Shown here: in pieces, positions 38,671 to 51,729 of the stretch | How positions within the stretch are numbered: position 1 is the first letter of the stretch | Layout: the number at the start of each line of letters is the position of its first letter | Assembly (NCBI GenBank): GCA_051362555.1 | Contig: CM120647.1 | Span: forward strand, 3,472,001 to 3,536,000 | Reading direction: 5' to 3' | Source of the DNA: Lingula anatina | Lineage: Eukaryota; Animalia; Brachiopoda | DNA: 64,000 bases | Made by a program: the position numbers and the translations under genes | Notes under the pieces: model-generated | Database searches by the model: none | What the model was told of the DNA's origin: nothing | What the model saw: only the letters and a program-made list of their open reading frames with translations

Positions 38671-39607
38671 TCGTTTCCAGGAATGCAATGACACAATAGT
38701 ACAACATCTTGTTACTGAACGTGCATTTGTTTGTTTGAAGTTTACTTTCATATACAAGAAATTTTTGATACTTTGAAAACAGGTCAATGATCTCGCCAAT
38801 AAAACAATTAAGATAGTGTAGATACCTGTCCAGTCGTCTTATTTGTCGAGGACTTGTTCAGACCTTTGGACAGCTGCAATAAGCCTCTCACTTCCTCATT
38901 AGCAAGTGCGTTCCTTCTCTGAAATTACAGAAAATAAATCATTCAAACTTTGAGCTGATTTTGAAATTCTAATGGAGAGTGGATTGGACATAAGTGCAAT
39001 GTTCCCACAGTCATAAGGACTAAAATGTCCTAGTGCGAAAAGCATCATTTGGGCAATTGTCGTCAACACAAAATACACAGCATTATCTTATATCACCTAT
39101 ACAATACTACGACAACTTCCTGTCATTTTCTGTGCTAAATGTGTTGCCTACATGTGGAAATTGCAACAACATACCAAGAACCTCTGTCTTCTCCATCTTC
39201 TACTGACCTTGGTCCAACCTGAACACCTCTCACCGAAATGCTCACCTGTATTACATAATAATGTACAAGGGCACCCGCTTTTTGAACGCAAGTTTCGATT
39301 TAAAATATTTTTTTGTTATTTGATATGGCGCTAGGGGTCTTAATCCCGTGATGGTGATTTAGGCTTTCTACCATCATAATGGCAAAAATAATTACATCTT
39401 ATCAACCATTAGGTTTGATGTCAAATTATTTGGCTATGTTTCACTCCCCCCCTCCCGAAAAAAAATCACCTGTGCTGGGTTGTGTTAGAGAAGACAAGAT
39501 GCGTTTTTTTTACTGACTCAGACTAGGTGTAAATATTCTCACCTGTCTCGGGAGGATACAGCCCAGCTGCCGTATGAGAGGGCACCACCGAGGGGGGGGG
39601 GGGGGGG

Positions 39608-39885
39608 GATCACAATTCACGGGAAATAAAATCATTAATTCACAAATCACAGTAAATAAAACTATACTCATACATGTATTTCATTGAAAAATGCGCGTCA
39701 AAAATCACGAATCACGTATCACCGTGCATAAATATAATGACTTTGTTTCACGAATAACGGAGAGTAAAAAGCCGCATGTACGAGTCACAGGAATGGGGTG
39801 CTTCACGCTAAATAAAATGAACGTTTCACGCATCTTGGGAGGTAAAAAGTGTCTTTCAAGGGTAAGCAAAATACCTTGTATCGGG
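39608..39885. repeat. Dispersed repeat rich in TCAC(G/A) motifs; second copy at ~45214-45440
   Basis: Shared ACAAATCACAGTAAAT, GAATGGGGTGCTTCAC and TTTCACGCATCT..GG blocks. Confidence 0.7.
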
Positions 39886-40794
39886 CTGTGATAACCAGAG
39901 TACGAACAATACTTCCAAATGTTTTAATTACCTTTGCGAACGAAAATTCAGCTACAGTACCTACTCTTAGAAGTTCACTTTTGCAAAGTTGAAGATGTTT
40001 TCCCCCTCCCAAGCATCAAATTAAACTACCAGCCCATACGCCTGAAAAACGCAATGTTCTCAGTCTCTACCAGTATAGTATTTCAGAGAAAGGACGCATT
40101 TTGTGAAAGGTAAATTTCCAATTTTATATGATCAAATTATGTGTTTAAAGATACTGGTATATGTTTAGGACCCAAATATCTCCGTATGTTTATTTTTCAC
40201 ACAGCACAAATCTGACTAAAGATGGAAGTAACATTAGAGAGCTACATGTAGCAACGCTGTCAATGTTTGTATGGTAAACTGTATCAAACTTCAAGGTCGA
40301 GGGTAAATATAATGCTTTCTATAATAGATATCAAGGCGAAGTTTTAATTTAGTTATCAAAATTTAGTTACTGAGGGTAAAACATGGTAAATGTGTCTTCC
40401 CCATGACCCTCAAATAATGGTAATTGCTGTTTAATCACAAGAAATAATCTTTATTAAATAACAAGTAAATAAGGTGAGCTTGTCAGAACATTTACCTATG
40501 ACAACCACTGATGTTTCAGTACGTGTTTCAGTAGACTAATACTGTTATGTTATCAGATACCATGTACTCTCTGGGTTGTGATTTCTATAATTTTTAAGAA
40601 GCTCCATTTTCAAAAGCAGACTCTAGGCTATTATTCTGTCGGCACGTGCATTTATCAGTACATTTATGGGTTTACAGTGCCGGGTGTCGTTATTTGTCAA
40701 GAGGTATATGTCGAGACGTACCTACAGTATAGTATAGTATATTTTAGATTCACGACATTAACTCTTAAACTAAAATAGCTTTCCAAAACTATCC

Positions 40795-43700
40795 ATGATT
40801 TATTACTTGAATAACATCTTTACTCCCCCAGCCCCGTAAGCGTCTCACGCTGTCTTCACTAACACAATTGTGTGATTTTTGTGGAGTTCGTCACAATCAT
40901 GGTTGAGACAGCGTCATAAAACTTATATGCACATTTTTCTTATGAACAAAGGTTGTTCACTTCACAGTGGCAGATAGATTAGCTAAAAAGGGGAATGACA
41001 AAGAGTTAAAGGCCAATACGAGTAAAGTAGATTTAGCAAAGACGTTATAAAATAATCACTTCGTTTAAAAGCAGGAGCTGCCAGGCCTTATCAACGGATT
41101 CTAGGCGTTAACTTACCCTCCCCGCAGATCTTTTAGCTCTAACACCCATCTATAACACATAACCCGCGAATTAACCAGCACAACGCAAATGTATTTACCA
41201 CTGCGCTCTTCCATTTGGTTTCAAATACAACAAAATCAGCCTTCAGTGTGTATGAGTGTGTGTGTGTGTGTGTGTGTGTGTATGCGTGTATGCTGTAACA
41301 CACTTTTTATCGGAGCCGTAAACTTTCCTGACACATCTACTGACACTTTGCCCCCTCCCGGGCCAAGCACCGACCAATCTGCGTCCTAGGTACAGTTACA
41401 GTTTGCTTGAGTCCATCATATCACTAATTTTTTTTATCTACCCTTCAGTACAAGTGATGGCCTTTAATTTCAAGTTTAAATAGCATGTCATCACTGCCAA
41501 TGACTTATTTAATTTTCCTATACAAATATCTCATACATCTCTACATGTATCTCAGAGATATATTTTCAGTCCTTAATTTTGCTCTTCATTTATTGCAATG
41601 GAATGAGCATCCGCCTGTGTTAATTTGTATGCAGTAGTAAAGACTTTTACGGCAAGGGGCATTGAACGGGTAGAGAACGGCGAACGTGTTCTGGCTTGAC
41701 GCGGGCGTTGCATATGGCTCACTTGATTTCGGTATTTTGACCATCTCATTAAAATATTAATATGGCATTGGCGTCACATGTAAGATTTTAGTAAAACGTT
41801 ATGTATCGTTGGTCGGATATATTTTGTGCGCCCTATTCCTGAAGTCCGTGGGCGCCTTTGTTATATTTGCCGAAGAACTCATCATCGATTCACGTAGACA
41901 CATTATTAAAGAATTAAATCAATTGAAAAGATAAATATATACCCAAATGAACAGAGTGAAATAAACTGCAGATGTTCTGTTAATCTTTTCTATTTATTAA
42001 GCACGTATTATATAGGGCATATGAATCTTTAACATATGACTTGAATTTTAAAGTTTGTCCATACTAATCTTTTTTCGAAAAACTGTTACCAGATACTTCA
42101 GAGAGTTTATATGTATGACTTCTCCCTCAGTATTCCCCCTTCGTTACATTATTTCCTGTGACTTTACTATAATAATGATTTACTCGGGTCTTGATGTTGC
42201 GTGTAAACGTTGAGTATCTGTGCTACTTTTAATACTACTAGTGTATGTTTACACATCAAAAATACGTAGAAAAATATTTATGTAAAGTAGATAAAAAACT
42301 ATTAATGTACGTAATTACTATATTAAAATAATCTTGATTCTTTCTCATGTGAAATTTGAAAGAGATTACATTACAGTGCAATCTACTCAATGGGTTAATT
42401 TTTAAATACGAATAAAACGGAAATGAGTAAGTGCATGGTAGCCTGGCGTATCTATACTACCCTGAATTACTTTGTAGGGCGAAAAGAGGCAAGAATCAAG
42501 ATAGGGCGGATAAAGATGGTATAGGGGCATTTTTTGAATAGCGACTGTACGTGTCCCTCTTACAGGAACGTTGTCTTTGCCACAGAGTCTCTGACACAAC
42601 CAGGCGTCTTTAATCCTCTTACCTGCTGGAATGTTGCTTGTTGTTCAGAGAAGACGAAGTCCAAGTGACATTTACTCAGGACGCCATGACGCCATCGAAA
42701 ATTGGTCACGATCCTCATGGAAGAAGCATGGCATTCAAGGCGTCCTGCTCTAAGACGGACAGCTTGGACCGCAATGATTGTATCGGTGTACAGCTTGTTG
42801 GAGGATTTTCTCGTTACTGGGACAAGTTCGGGAGGGCAAATGTTCTATGAAGGTGGAGAATTAACCAGTTGTGTCCCTATGTCAGGATGTGTCCTGATGC
42901 TGGCGTTCCTGACTAATATACGCGAGGGTACGCTTCATCCATGTTGAAGGGTATCAATACACGTACTCAAGCACATCCGAAACTCAATTTTCACAAATTA
43001 CCTCACACCTTTATCTGTTGTCATATTTGACCCCCCCCCCCCACACACACAACCCACACCGCACACTTTCCTCATAACACTGGATATTTTGTCGAAGGCT
43101 GGTTTCATCACATTGCCGTTTAATCTACCGTGCAGTACTGTATATGTAAGTTTCACGACATTTACTCTTAACTAAAATAGTCTTCCAATAGTACCCATGA
43201 ATTATTATTTCATTACTTAAGAACATCCCCCCCTCCCTGTCTCGCGTTATGTCTTCACTAACACAATTGGGTGATATTTCAGGGCCGTAGCCTGAGCAAA
43301 ATGCCGGGGGGGGGGGGGCAGTAAGCGGACACGAGGGGGCGAAACCCCCGAGGGGGGAGGGTGTGGGAGGGGTTGTCCCCTTCCCACGGTGTGGAAAATT
43401 TTTAAAAAGTGTATGTATAATACTGCATTCTGGTGCATTTTAACTGTTATTTATTGCTCAATCAGAAGTCAGAAATTGTGGGTTCATTTTGCCATAAGTA
43501 CAGTCATTTTTTCAACACAACACGCCAATTGGACTTCATTTCAAACATTCAGGGTAAACAATAACCTGATAACAGCCTGGGGGATAGCTCCCTAAGGGAG
43601 GGTGAGCTTTTTGGCATGAACTGAGTTGGCTAAAAACAGTACACCTTTGTTAACAGATTGTTGAATGATTGTCTAGTGGCCATGAGTGCATTTTCTCACA

Positions 43701-43912
43701 GAATTGATACCAACTTTGCAATTATTTTTTTTCACTTTTGCGATTATTTTTTTTGCACCTCAAATCCCAGGGGGGGCAGCTGCCCTGTATTTGTCCGTCA
43801 CAATTATGGTTGAGCCAGCATCAAAATCAAAACATAACAGCCTGCGGTACATTTCCCTTATGAACAGAGATTGTTTACTTTAAAAAATTTACAGTGGCAG
43901 ATAGATTAGCAA

Positions 43913-43947
<35 letters not shown>

Positions 43948-44119
43948 GAGAAGGGGATGAAAAAGAGTTCAAGGCTAATAAGAGTAGATTTGGCCGAGAC
44001 ATGAATAAAAATCGAAACAATTACTTCATTTCTAAGCTGGAGCTTCTGGTCAGACGAATGAACTGCACACAAAGATCAGCTCTTTTCCATCTGGTTGTTA
44101 ATAGAACAAAACCAGCTTT

Positions 44120-44166
<47 letters not shown>

Positions 44167-44630
44167 GGTGTTTGTGTGCGTGCGTGCATGCTGTAACACA
44201 GTTTCAGCGGAGTGGTATACTTTCCTGATAGGCCTACATGGGCTGACTCTTTACTCCTCCTCCCCCCACCCCCTCGAATCACCGAGCAATCCGCGACCCA
44301 GGCACAGTAACAATTTGCTTGAGTCCGTCATAACACTTTCTTTTTTTTTCATCTAACGTGCAGTACAAGTAACGAGTCATGAATTATTACTCGAAGAAAC
44401 ATCTTTATTCCCCCAGCCCCGTCTCACGTTGTCTTCACTAACACAATTGTGTGGTTTTTGTGGAGTTCGTCACAATCATGGTTGAGACAGTCATAACAAG
44501 ACACCGCAGCCTGTGGCACATTTCACTTCTGAACAAAGGTTGTTCACTTAAAATATTCTTCACAGTGGCAGATAGTTTAGCCAAAAAAAGAGGATGAAAA
44601 AGAATTAAAGTTCAATAAGAGTAAAGTACG
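40795..44630. repeat. Local duplication of a ~660-bp unit: copy A 40795-41460, copy B 43195-44372 (interrupted), partial copy C 44375-44630
   Basis: Shared GTCTTCACTAACACAATTG, CGTCACAAT(C/T)ATGGTTGAG and ACAGTGGCAGATAG blocks; A and B also share (GT)n and TTTGCTTGAGTCC. Confidence 0.85.
43280..43787. mobile_element. Poly-G MITE inserted in duplication copy B
   Basis: CAGGGC...GCCCTG ends, TATTT on both flanks, absent from copies A and C. Confidence 0.65.
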
Positions 44631-45504
44631 AGTATTCTCCAGTGTATGCCTTAGCGAAAATGCAGTCTTTTGCCCTTGTTCGTTTTTCGTCTTTTACTTT
44701 TGAGTCTGCAGTCGTTGCAAATTCGCTTTTTAAACTTTTATACAGTAAATAATTTAGTTCAATCTCATTTTTTATTAAAAAATGTAACTTTTTTGGAAAT
44801 TGTCGCCTTCTGTTCCCAGTACGTGGACACTCGTCTTTTCACCCAGCCACCCACCCTTAATTTTGGATCTTCCTCTCATAGTAATGGGGCGGATTTTCTT
44901 TCAGTTTTTTAGAGGATATATTAAAACAATATCAATTAGCTGGTAAAATTAGTAATTATATCATAGCAGTCGGGAGCTGGTGGTACCGTCAACATCTTTT
45001 TACAGCTAATACAGAATGAAGGAAAACTGAATTGCTAATATTTTCATCTTTTACTTTTTTATGATCGTCAGTGCAGAACTGTTATCGCCTCTGTAGCAGC
45101 CAGTTGAAAACCTTCAGAATGTCATTCCCTTAATTTTACAATAAAACATTAGTTTTTGTAAACAAATTAGTTTTTTCTTTCTTTGATTGAGGTTACCATT
45201 GGTGTGTGTGTGTACAAATCACAGTAAATCAAACTTGAATCATATCTCACTGATAATGCAAATCGAAAATCTTGATAATCACGAATCGACGAGTATAATA
45301 CTTCGTTTCACAAAGGGCAAAGAATAAAAAGGTACATTCACAAGTCACGTGAATGGGGTGCTTCACAGACCACTCTAAATGATATGAACATTTCACGCAT
45401 CTCGGGGAAATAAAAAGTGGCTTACACAGGTAACAAATTCAAAAATACAGTACATGTACGTATACCCAATGGGACCCTTTAAGTGAAAAAGTTTGAAAAA
45501 GCAG

Positions 45505-46195
45505 AATAATAATAATAATAATAATAATAGCAATTCTTATTTAAAGGCATTTCGGACGTCAGGCAAGAAGCCAGAACTTGACTTTTATTTATAATAAATG
45601 AAGCACTTTAATAATTATTTCATCCAATACACCAATATTTGACTTCTGATTTACGTTTAAAAATGTTAAAGTAAATTCTTTTTCTAAATTTATTTTATTT
45701 AAATTTTACATTTAATAATTAATCTTAAAAGAAATAAACTATACATGGTACAAACATTTACACATGTATTCTATGTAAGGATTATTAAAGATGTATATTT
45801 CGAAATAGAATGTATATCTTCTTTAATAAAACTTAAGAAATAAGCATTAAAATGTGCAGTACAATACAAATCACTTCTCACATACACATTTCTCAAAAAC
45901 ATACATTCATATCCATATACCCTACCATGCCACTTTATTGTGTGCTACATGTAACTACTGTATAGAATAAATACATATATAGACAAGCAAAGCATTATAT
46001 TTTTGTTCAGAAAAAATTCGATGTCACTAAATTATAGATGCCCTCCATTTTTTTGATTTTCTGTAAATGTATTATTTTACCTGAGAAATTACAAGATTTA
46101 TTTACTTATCATCATTTCCGAAAATAATACCTGATGCATAAATCTGAACCTTGGCTCCCTTGTCTTTCCTAATCCAGTTTTCGAGTTTTTCATCA
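45505..46195 (-). mobile_element. 3' remnant of an L1/Tx1-like LINE with (TTA)n tail
   Basis: EKLENWIRK...SGIIFGNDDK*INLVISQVK*YIYRK resembles ORF2 C-termini after the CCHC finger. AT-rich 3' UTR ends in a (TTA)n tract. Confidence 0.45.
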
Positions 46196-48938
46196 CATCA
46201 AAATTACGATATGTATATTATCTTTTATTTTTTAGAATTAAACGCATTAGCACTCATACAGTTTAGTAGGTGTGCCAGATATCTAAGCTGCTTAATCTGA
46301 ACTCAAATTTAGTGAGAATTCCCTCAGGGATGGGTCGATCCTGCTAGATCGATCTAGGTATGGGAATGGGTCTAATTTAATCTACTGGTCAAGACTTGTA
46401 TTTGATGAACTGAACCAGATTTGTCCTTGCTGTCACATTGATAAGAAGGTGGGCTCCCAGGCTGCTTTTCTGTTGATGAATCTGGAAAATTTTCACAATA
46501 TTCTTTCAGAAGATACCCATTGCTTTAATTGATCAATATGTCTTGAAATAAAGATATTATTACACTGTAAAAGAATATGTTAAATACCCAACTGCAGGAA
46601 TCATTTTAGTAAGCAAAACATGACACTTTTTTTTATTGTTCACTACGCAGATGATGGAACTGCTGTCTTTAATTGTTTTGGTAAATAAAAAATAAATATA
46701 TAAAGAAAACCACAGGGAGTAGTTTTACCTTAGCTGTGGTACCATATGGTCTGGAGTATGTCTGTCACTCTGATCTCCATGACAACAGATCCAGATGATC
46801 AACGATGGAGTCCAGAGGCTTAGTAACTACCCATAATTTCTGGTCCTTGCTCACTACTTCCGCAAGAAATTCTGAAATGAAAAAAACAACTAAAAAACAA
46901 ATCTGACATTGATCTTAGATTTGCAGGGACTCTTGCTGAGTGCAAACAGCTTAAATGAATGACATGCCTCCTCTTGTTTCCAACATACTTGCATAATCAG
47001 CAGTTATTTTGTATTCTATTCAATGCCTGCGGAGGCGCTTCAGTCAATTAAGCTGATTGCACTTTGCAAGAGTCTAGGCACAGAGTTGGATCACTCTAAG
47101 TTGACCCATGGTGTCTGTGAGAGCCCATAGAGATCAGAATATATACACACAAAGACACGCATCAAACAAATATCTTCTGTGCTATATGAAGCAGATTTAT
47201 CTATAGGCAGGAGAGATGGTAAATTCTTTGAAAAAATCAGATATTTCACCTCAACAGGTATGGTCTGTCTATAATAGAAGTGAATTTTTGTTTTTCATTG
47301 TTCCAAATCTTTTAGGTCGGTTTGGTTTAATTTTCTGGCCAGTCATCAATATTACTTTGTCTGTATTCTTTCAATATTTAAATCTATCAACTGAACACAA
47401 CCATTCATTAACATTGGCAGTTTGAGTAAACCATCATCATATTTATATAAAACCCAAATATAGGTTATATAATATTGATTCAATAATATTAATTCATGTA
47501 ATAGGAGAAAATATTATCTATTAGTACATCAACCTTTAGACATAGCAAATATGAAGACTGGGTTCCCCTACTTAGATCGATCCATCAGAATCAGTCCAAC
47601 TCCAAAGGGTTTCTCGCTCAGTTGCTTTCAGCTTAGATGTCTACACCTACTGAACCTGCTAAATAATAATTAATTGCCCCCTAGCAAGTTCAGTTGAATA
47701 AATATTAAAACAAACTAGAGGATCAGAGAGGCGATACCGCCTCCGAATATTGTACCACCAGCTGGAGTAAGCGCGATGGTATAGACCCCCCACACACAAA
47801 AAAGGGACACCACCACCAGTCTTGTGCTTGACAAGCTGTAAAAAATGCAATCAACAAGAATTCTCAAAAAATGCAAAAAAAATATATAACTAAAAATGGT
47901 ACAATCAAAGTTAAGTTCATAGTAAGGTAGGTCAAAGGTCAATTTCAAGGTCACAGTAAATTTTCAGTATATGACTTCCTATTCAAGTTCAATAGCAACT
48001 ATGGACCTATCTCTGCTAGTTTTGGAGATAAAAGGGAACCAAAATTTGTAAACTTCAATTCATGATAAAAAGTAGGTCAAAGGTCAATTTCAAGGTCACA
48101 CTAAGATTGCCAGTATGTGACTTCTTATTCAAATTCAATAGTAACTATGCGCGTATCTTTGCCAGTTTTGGAGATAAAAGGGAACCAAAATTTGCAAAGT
48201 TAAGTTCATGGTAAAAGATAGGTCAAAGGTCAATTTTAAGGTCACATTTAGATTGTCAGTATATGACTTCCTATTCAAGTTCAATAGCAACTATGGACCT
48301 ATCTCTGTCAGTTTTGGAGATAAAAGGGAACCAAAATTTGCCAAGTTCAGTTCATGGTTAAAAGTAGGTCAAAGGTCAATTTCAAGGTCACATTTAGATT
48401 GCCAGTATATGACTTCCTATTCAACTTCAATAGTAACAATGGACCTATCTATGCCAGTTTTGGAGATATAAGGGGCTAAATGTTATAATTTTGGAGTTAC
48501 AATAATGTGCCATAAATTTCCTACAGAAAAAATTAAAATAAAGAAAAGGTCATTTTGGTCAAAATTCTTGAAATGGGAGGTGCTCTGAAGTTCCAAATGT
48601 TCAAATTTGATGAAATAATGTCATTTTTGAACACAAGTTGTCTGCCTCGCCAAGCCTTATGTTTTATTTTTCCGGGGTTCAAAATTTATTATCCATTACT
48701 GTACTGCACATTTTGCTTTCACCACCAAAATGTACTTTTTGATACAGCATAACTCGAAAACCGTATGGAATACAAAAAAACGGAGACCACCTCCAGTGTT
48801 GGGCTTTACATGCTCTACAAAATGCAAAAAAGAATGGGTCTCTAGCATTAACGGTTCCCGAATTAGACACAGTTTTCAGAGATAGGTACGGAGGCCCTTA
48901 CCGTCTAGGAGGAGAAGCGGTAACGGTAACATGCCGGC

Positions 48939-49386
48939 TGTAGTGATCCGTTAATTAGAACTGAGTCTTCTAAATTTGCATACATCAGATATGTATATAT
49001 TTGTACGTTTTAATTATTCAAATATACATAGACATGACATGTTGCATGGAAGTTTAAGAGAAGTTCATTTAAAATGCAAATCAAGATTTAATTTAAATGT
49101 ATCTACAATTAAGTTAATGTACATAGGCATGATATGTTTCATGACAGTTACGAAAGCTAATTTGAAATGCAAATTAAGATAGAGTATAAAGGCAGTGACT
49201 TAGCCACTGAGATAGACTTACAGACTGACAGAGAGAGAGAGATAGTTATAGATACGGTAGAAGAGACCTGAGTCTTCAGGCGCTTGAATAAACCATGTAA
49301 CAGAAAACTATACCTGCCTGTCTCGGCTGACTTATTGGTGAAAAAGTAACTTAAAGAAAGTGTATAACCACCGACCGGTTATTACA
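48939..49386 (+). repeat. 5' LTR
   Basis: TG...CA ends with internal TATAAA and AATAAA. Duplicate at 51090-51550. Confidence 0.92.
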
Positions 49387-49447
49387 AATGGTGAGCTCCC
49401 AGGTTTCACCTTAAGCAGCTGAGACAGAAAGGCAGTTTATAGTCAAG

Positions 49448-50563
49448 ATGCTGTATGAAGACGAGGACCAGTATGAAGACCCAGACATCTACAGCAGGCT
49501 GTTAGATTGTCTGGGTGGAATCAGTAGTGTTCTGAAGACGCAGGAAACTAGCAAAGAAGATGCACTTTTATTGTCAAATTCCCTTGCAAATCTGTGGGAA
49601 GTTATGAAAAAAGAAACAACAGAGTTTGACAACAGAAACGAACTATCTTTCGAAGCAATAATACGTAGCATTCAGATGGAAGCGGGGCAGAGAAGGGAAA
49701 TGGATGATGACAGCTGTGGTGAAGATACCGTAACATGTAAAGAAGTTGGAGAGAGGATCCAGAGCAATGAGATTGTGGTCAGCGGTGTTGCTAACAAATC
49801 TCCAAAAGATGAATTCCCTGGTGCCGAGATGTTGCAGCTCCCCGATGGAGGCAACAATAATGTGGTCAGTGACGTTGCTGACGAAGCAAAATCTCCCGAA
49901 TATGAGATTTTGAAACCCTTTATGACCAGTGGTGATTCTGATGTATTAAATTCCCCTGATGCAGAAATGTTGCTGTTCCCTGGTGAAGAGAGGTTGTGGC
50001 CCAGTGATGCTGAACTGTTGAAGTCTACTGATGATAAGATGAAGTTTCCCTGTGAGAAGATGATGAAAACCCCTGATGTCGAAATGCTGCGTGTTGAAGA
50101 AATGGCCACCAATAAGACCAAACTGATTGAAAATGAGTGTTAATTACCAGGAAGACAACGAAGAAAATGACGAACAAAGAAGGAAAAGATTGAGCAAAAG
50201 AGATACTATGAGGACAATGACGGAAATGATGATCAAGTAATGGAAAAGGAAAAAATGCATGTTGGGGAAACGGACAATGATAAGGCCAAGCTGTTTGAAA
50301 ATGTGTGTTACCATGAGGACAATGAAGAAAATGACGAACAAGTGAAGGAAGAGAATGATCTGCGTACTGAGGAAAGGGACAATGATATGGTGAATTTGAA
50401 TATACCTGCTTATTACAAGGATAAAGACAGAAATGAAAAACAAGGGAAGAAAACGAATGACTTGTTTGATGTTTTAGAAAGAACTGAAAAACCTCACTTG
50501 AAAGGTATAGAGAAATGGAGGTACCCACCTCATTGCAAAATAAGGCATTTTTCTAATAAGTAA
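49448..50563 (+). CDS. Acidic LTR-borne ORF of unknown function: 231 aa open (49448-50143), with a probable frameshifted continuation to 50563
   Basis: Longest ORF in the window, starting ~60 nt after the PBS. D/E-rich with PD/AEML repeats. Three Y.EDN..ND.Q repeats span the two ORF pieces. Confidence 0.55.
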
Positions 50564-51089
50564 GTTGTCCATGAGTAATTTTTTAATAATTATTTTTTCT
50601 TTTATTCAATGTATAAAAAAATGGAGGTATCAACTTCACTGGATTTTTTTCAATAAGGCAACTAAATTGTCCTAAGATTGATTTTCATGAAATTTTCTGT
50701 TAATTTTTATATGTGGTACTTTCCTTTATTTGCATCCAATTTTTTTAAAATGCATGCACCAGTTTTTATGTTGTGAAATGTGTACTATCTATTGACTGAT
50801 TTAAGTAAAAGATGTAAGGCAGTAAGATTTTTATTTTTAAATATGTGTGTATGTCTATGCAAAGCTAAAGTATGTATAAAAGTCCTTAAATGCTTATGTG
50901 AAGCTATAGTTGTTATATTATTGTTTAAATTGTTAAAAATTGGTTAAATTTGATTAGAAGATGTTCATGTACTTTGTATTATAGCTTAACAGTCTATTAA
51001 TTACAGTGTATAAATAGGTGTCAGTGAAATAGGTTTAAAAAAAAAAATTAAGTTTCTTAATTTTTTTCGGTAAAAAAGGGAGATATATG

Positions 51090-51550
51090 TGTAGTGATCC
51101 GTTAATTAGAACTGAGTCTTCTAAATTTGCATACATCAGATATGTATATATTTGTACGTTTTAATTATTCAAATATACATAGACATGACATGTTGCATGG
51201 AAGTTTAAGAGAAGTTCATTTAAAATGCAAATCAAGATTTAATTTAAATGTATCTACAATTAAGTTAATGTACATAGGCATGATATGTTTCATGACAGTT
51301 ACGAAAGCTAATTTGAAATGCAAATTAAGATAGAGTATAAAGGCAGTGACTTAGCCACTGAGATAGACTTACAGACTGAGAGAGTTAGAGATAGTTATAG
51401 ATACCACAGAGAGAGAGATGGTAGAAGAGACCTGAGTCTTCAGTTGGTTGAATAAATCATGTAGCAGAAAACTATACCCGCCTGTCTCGGCTGACTTATT
51501 GGTAAAAAAGTAACTTAAAGAAAGTGTATAACCACCGACTGGTTATTACA
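51090..51550 (+). repeat. 3' LTR
   Basis: Matches the 5' LTR except for a few substitutions and indels around the (GA)n tract. Confidence 0.92.
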
Positions 51551-51729
51551 CAGCGGAGCCGCAGGAGCCGGCAGAGCCGGCGGAACGATCCGGACAGGAC
51601 TAAAACCATTTGTACCGCCAGCACCTACACTGTTGGTACAATAAAGTTATTACATTTGAAAATGTTTAGCTGAGAGTGAGGGGGTTAATAGTCTTACAGA
51701 GACATGCAATTTTGTATTTGCCTACTGCT

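Larger units (their letters stand above)
37930..42950 (-). ncRNA. Candidate spliced transcript (probably lncRNA): donors at 42623, 41117, 39543; exons 39245-39175, 38918-38826, 38063-~37930
   Basis: GC-richer islands bounded by canonical pyrimidine-AG and GT(A/G)AG/GTATG sites, all on the minus strand. No recognisable protein. Confidence 0.35.
48939..51550 (+). mobile_element. Young non-autonomous LTR element (2.6 kb) without gag/pol motifs
   Basis: Near-identical TGTA...TACA LTRs at 48939-49386 and 51090-51550. PBS-like TGGTGAGCTCCCAGG at 49389, PPT AAAAAAGGGAGA at 51072-51083, 4-bp TSD CGGC/CAGC (one transition). Confidence 0.9.
47714..51643 (-). mobile_element. Complete Helentron/HINE (DINE-1-like) non-autonomous element containing an LTR insertion
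   Basis: Sub-terminal inverted repeats TATTGTACCA (47748-47757) / TGGTACAATA (51634-51643). 3' hairpin GAGGCG-N4-CGCCTC (47728-47743) ~10 nt from terminal CTAG. Four ~146-bp internal tandem units. Short GGAGCC repeats near the 5' end. Confidence 0.75.

Noticed and set aside
49489-50528. Minus-strand ORFs of 60-167 aa
   Set aside because: Antisense shadows of the purine-rich plus-strand ORF.
48976-51333. Identical 68-aa ORFs at 48976 and 51127
   Set aside because: They lie within the two LTRs, start at TTG, and show no coding signal.
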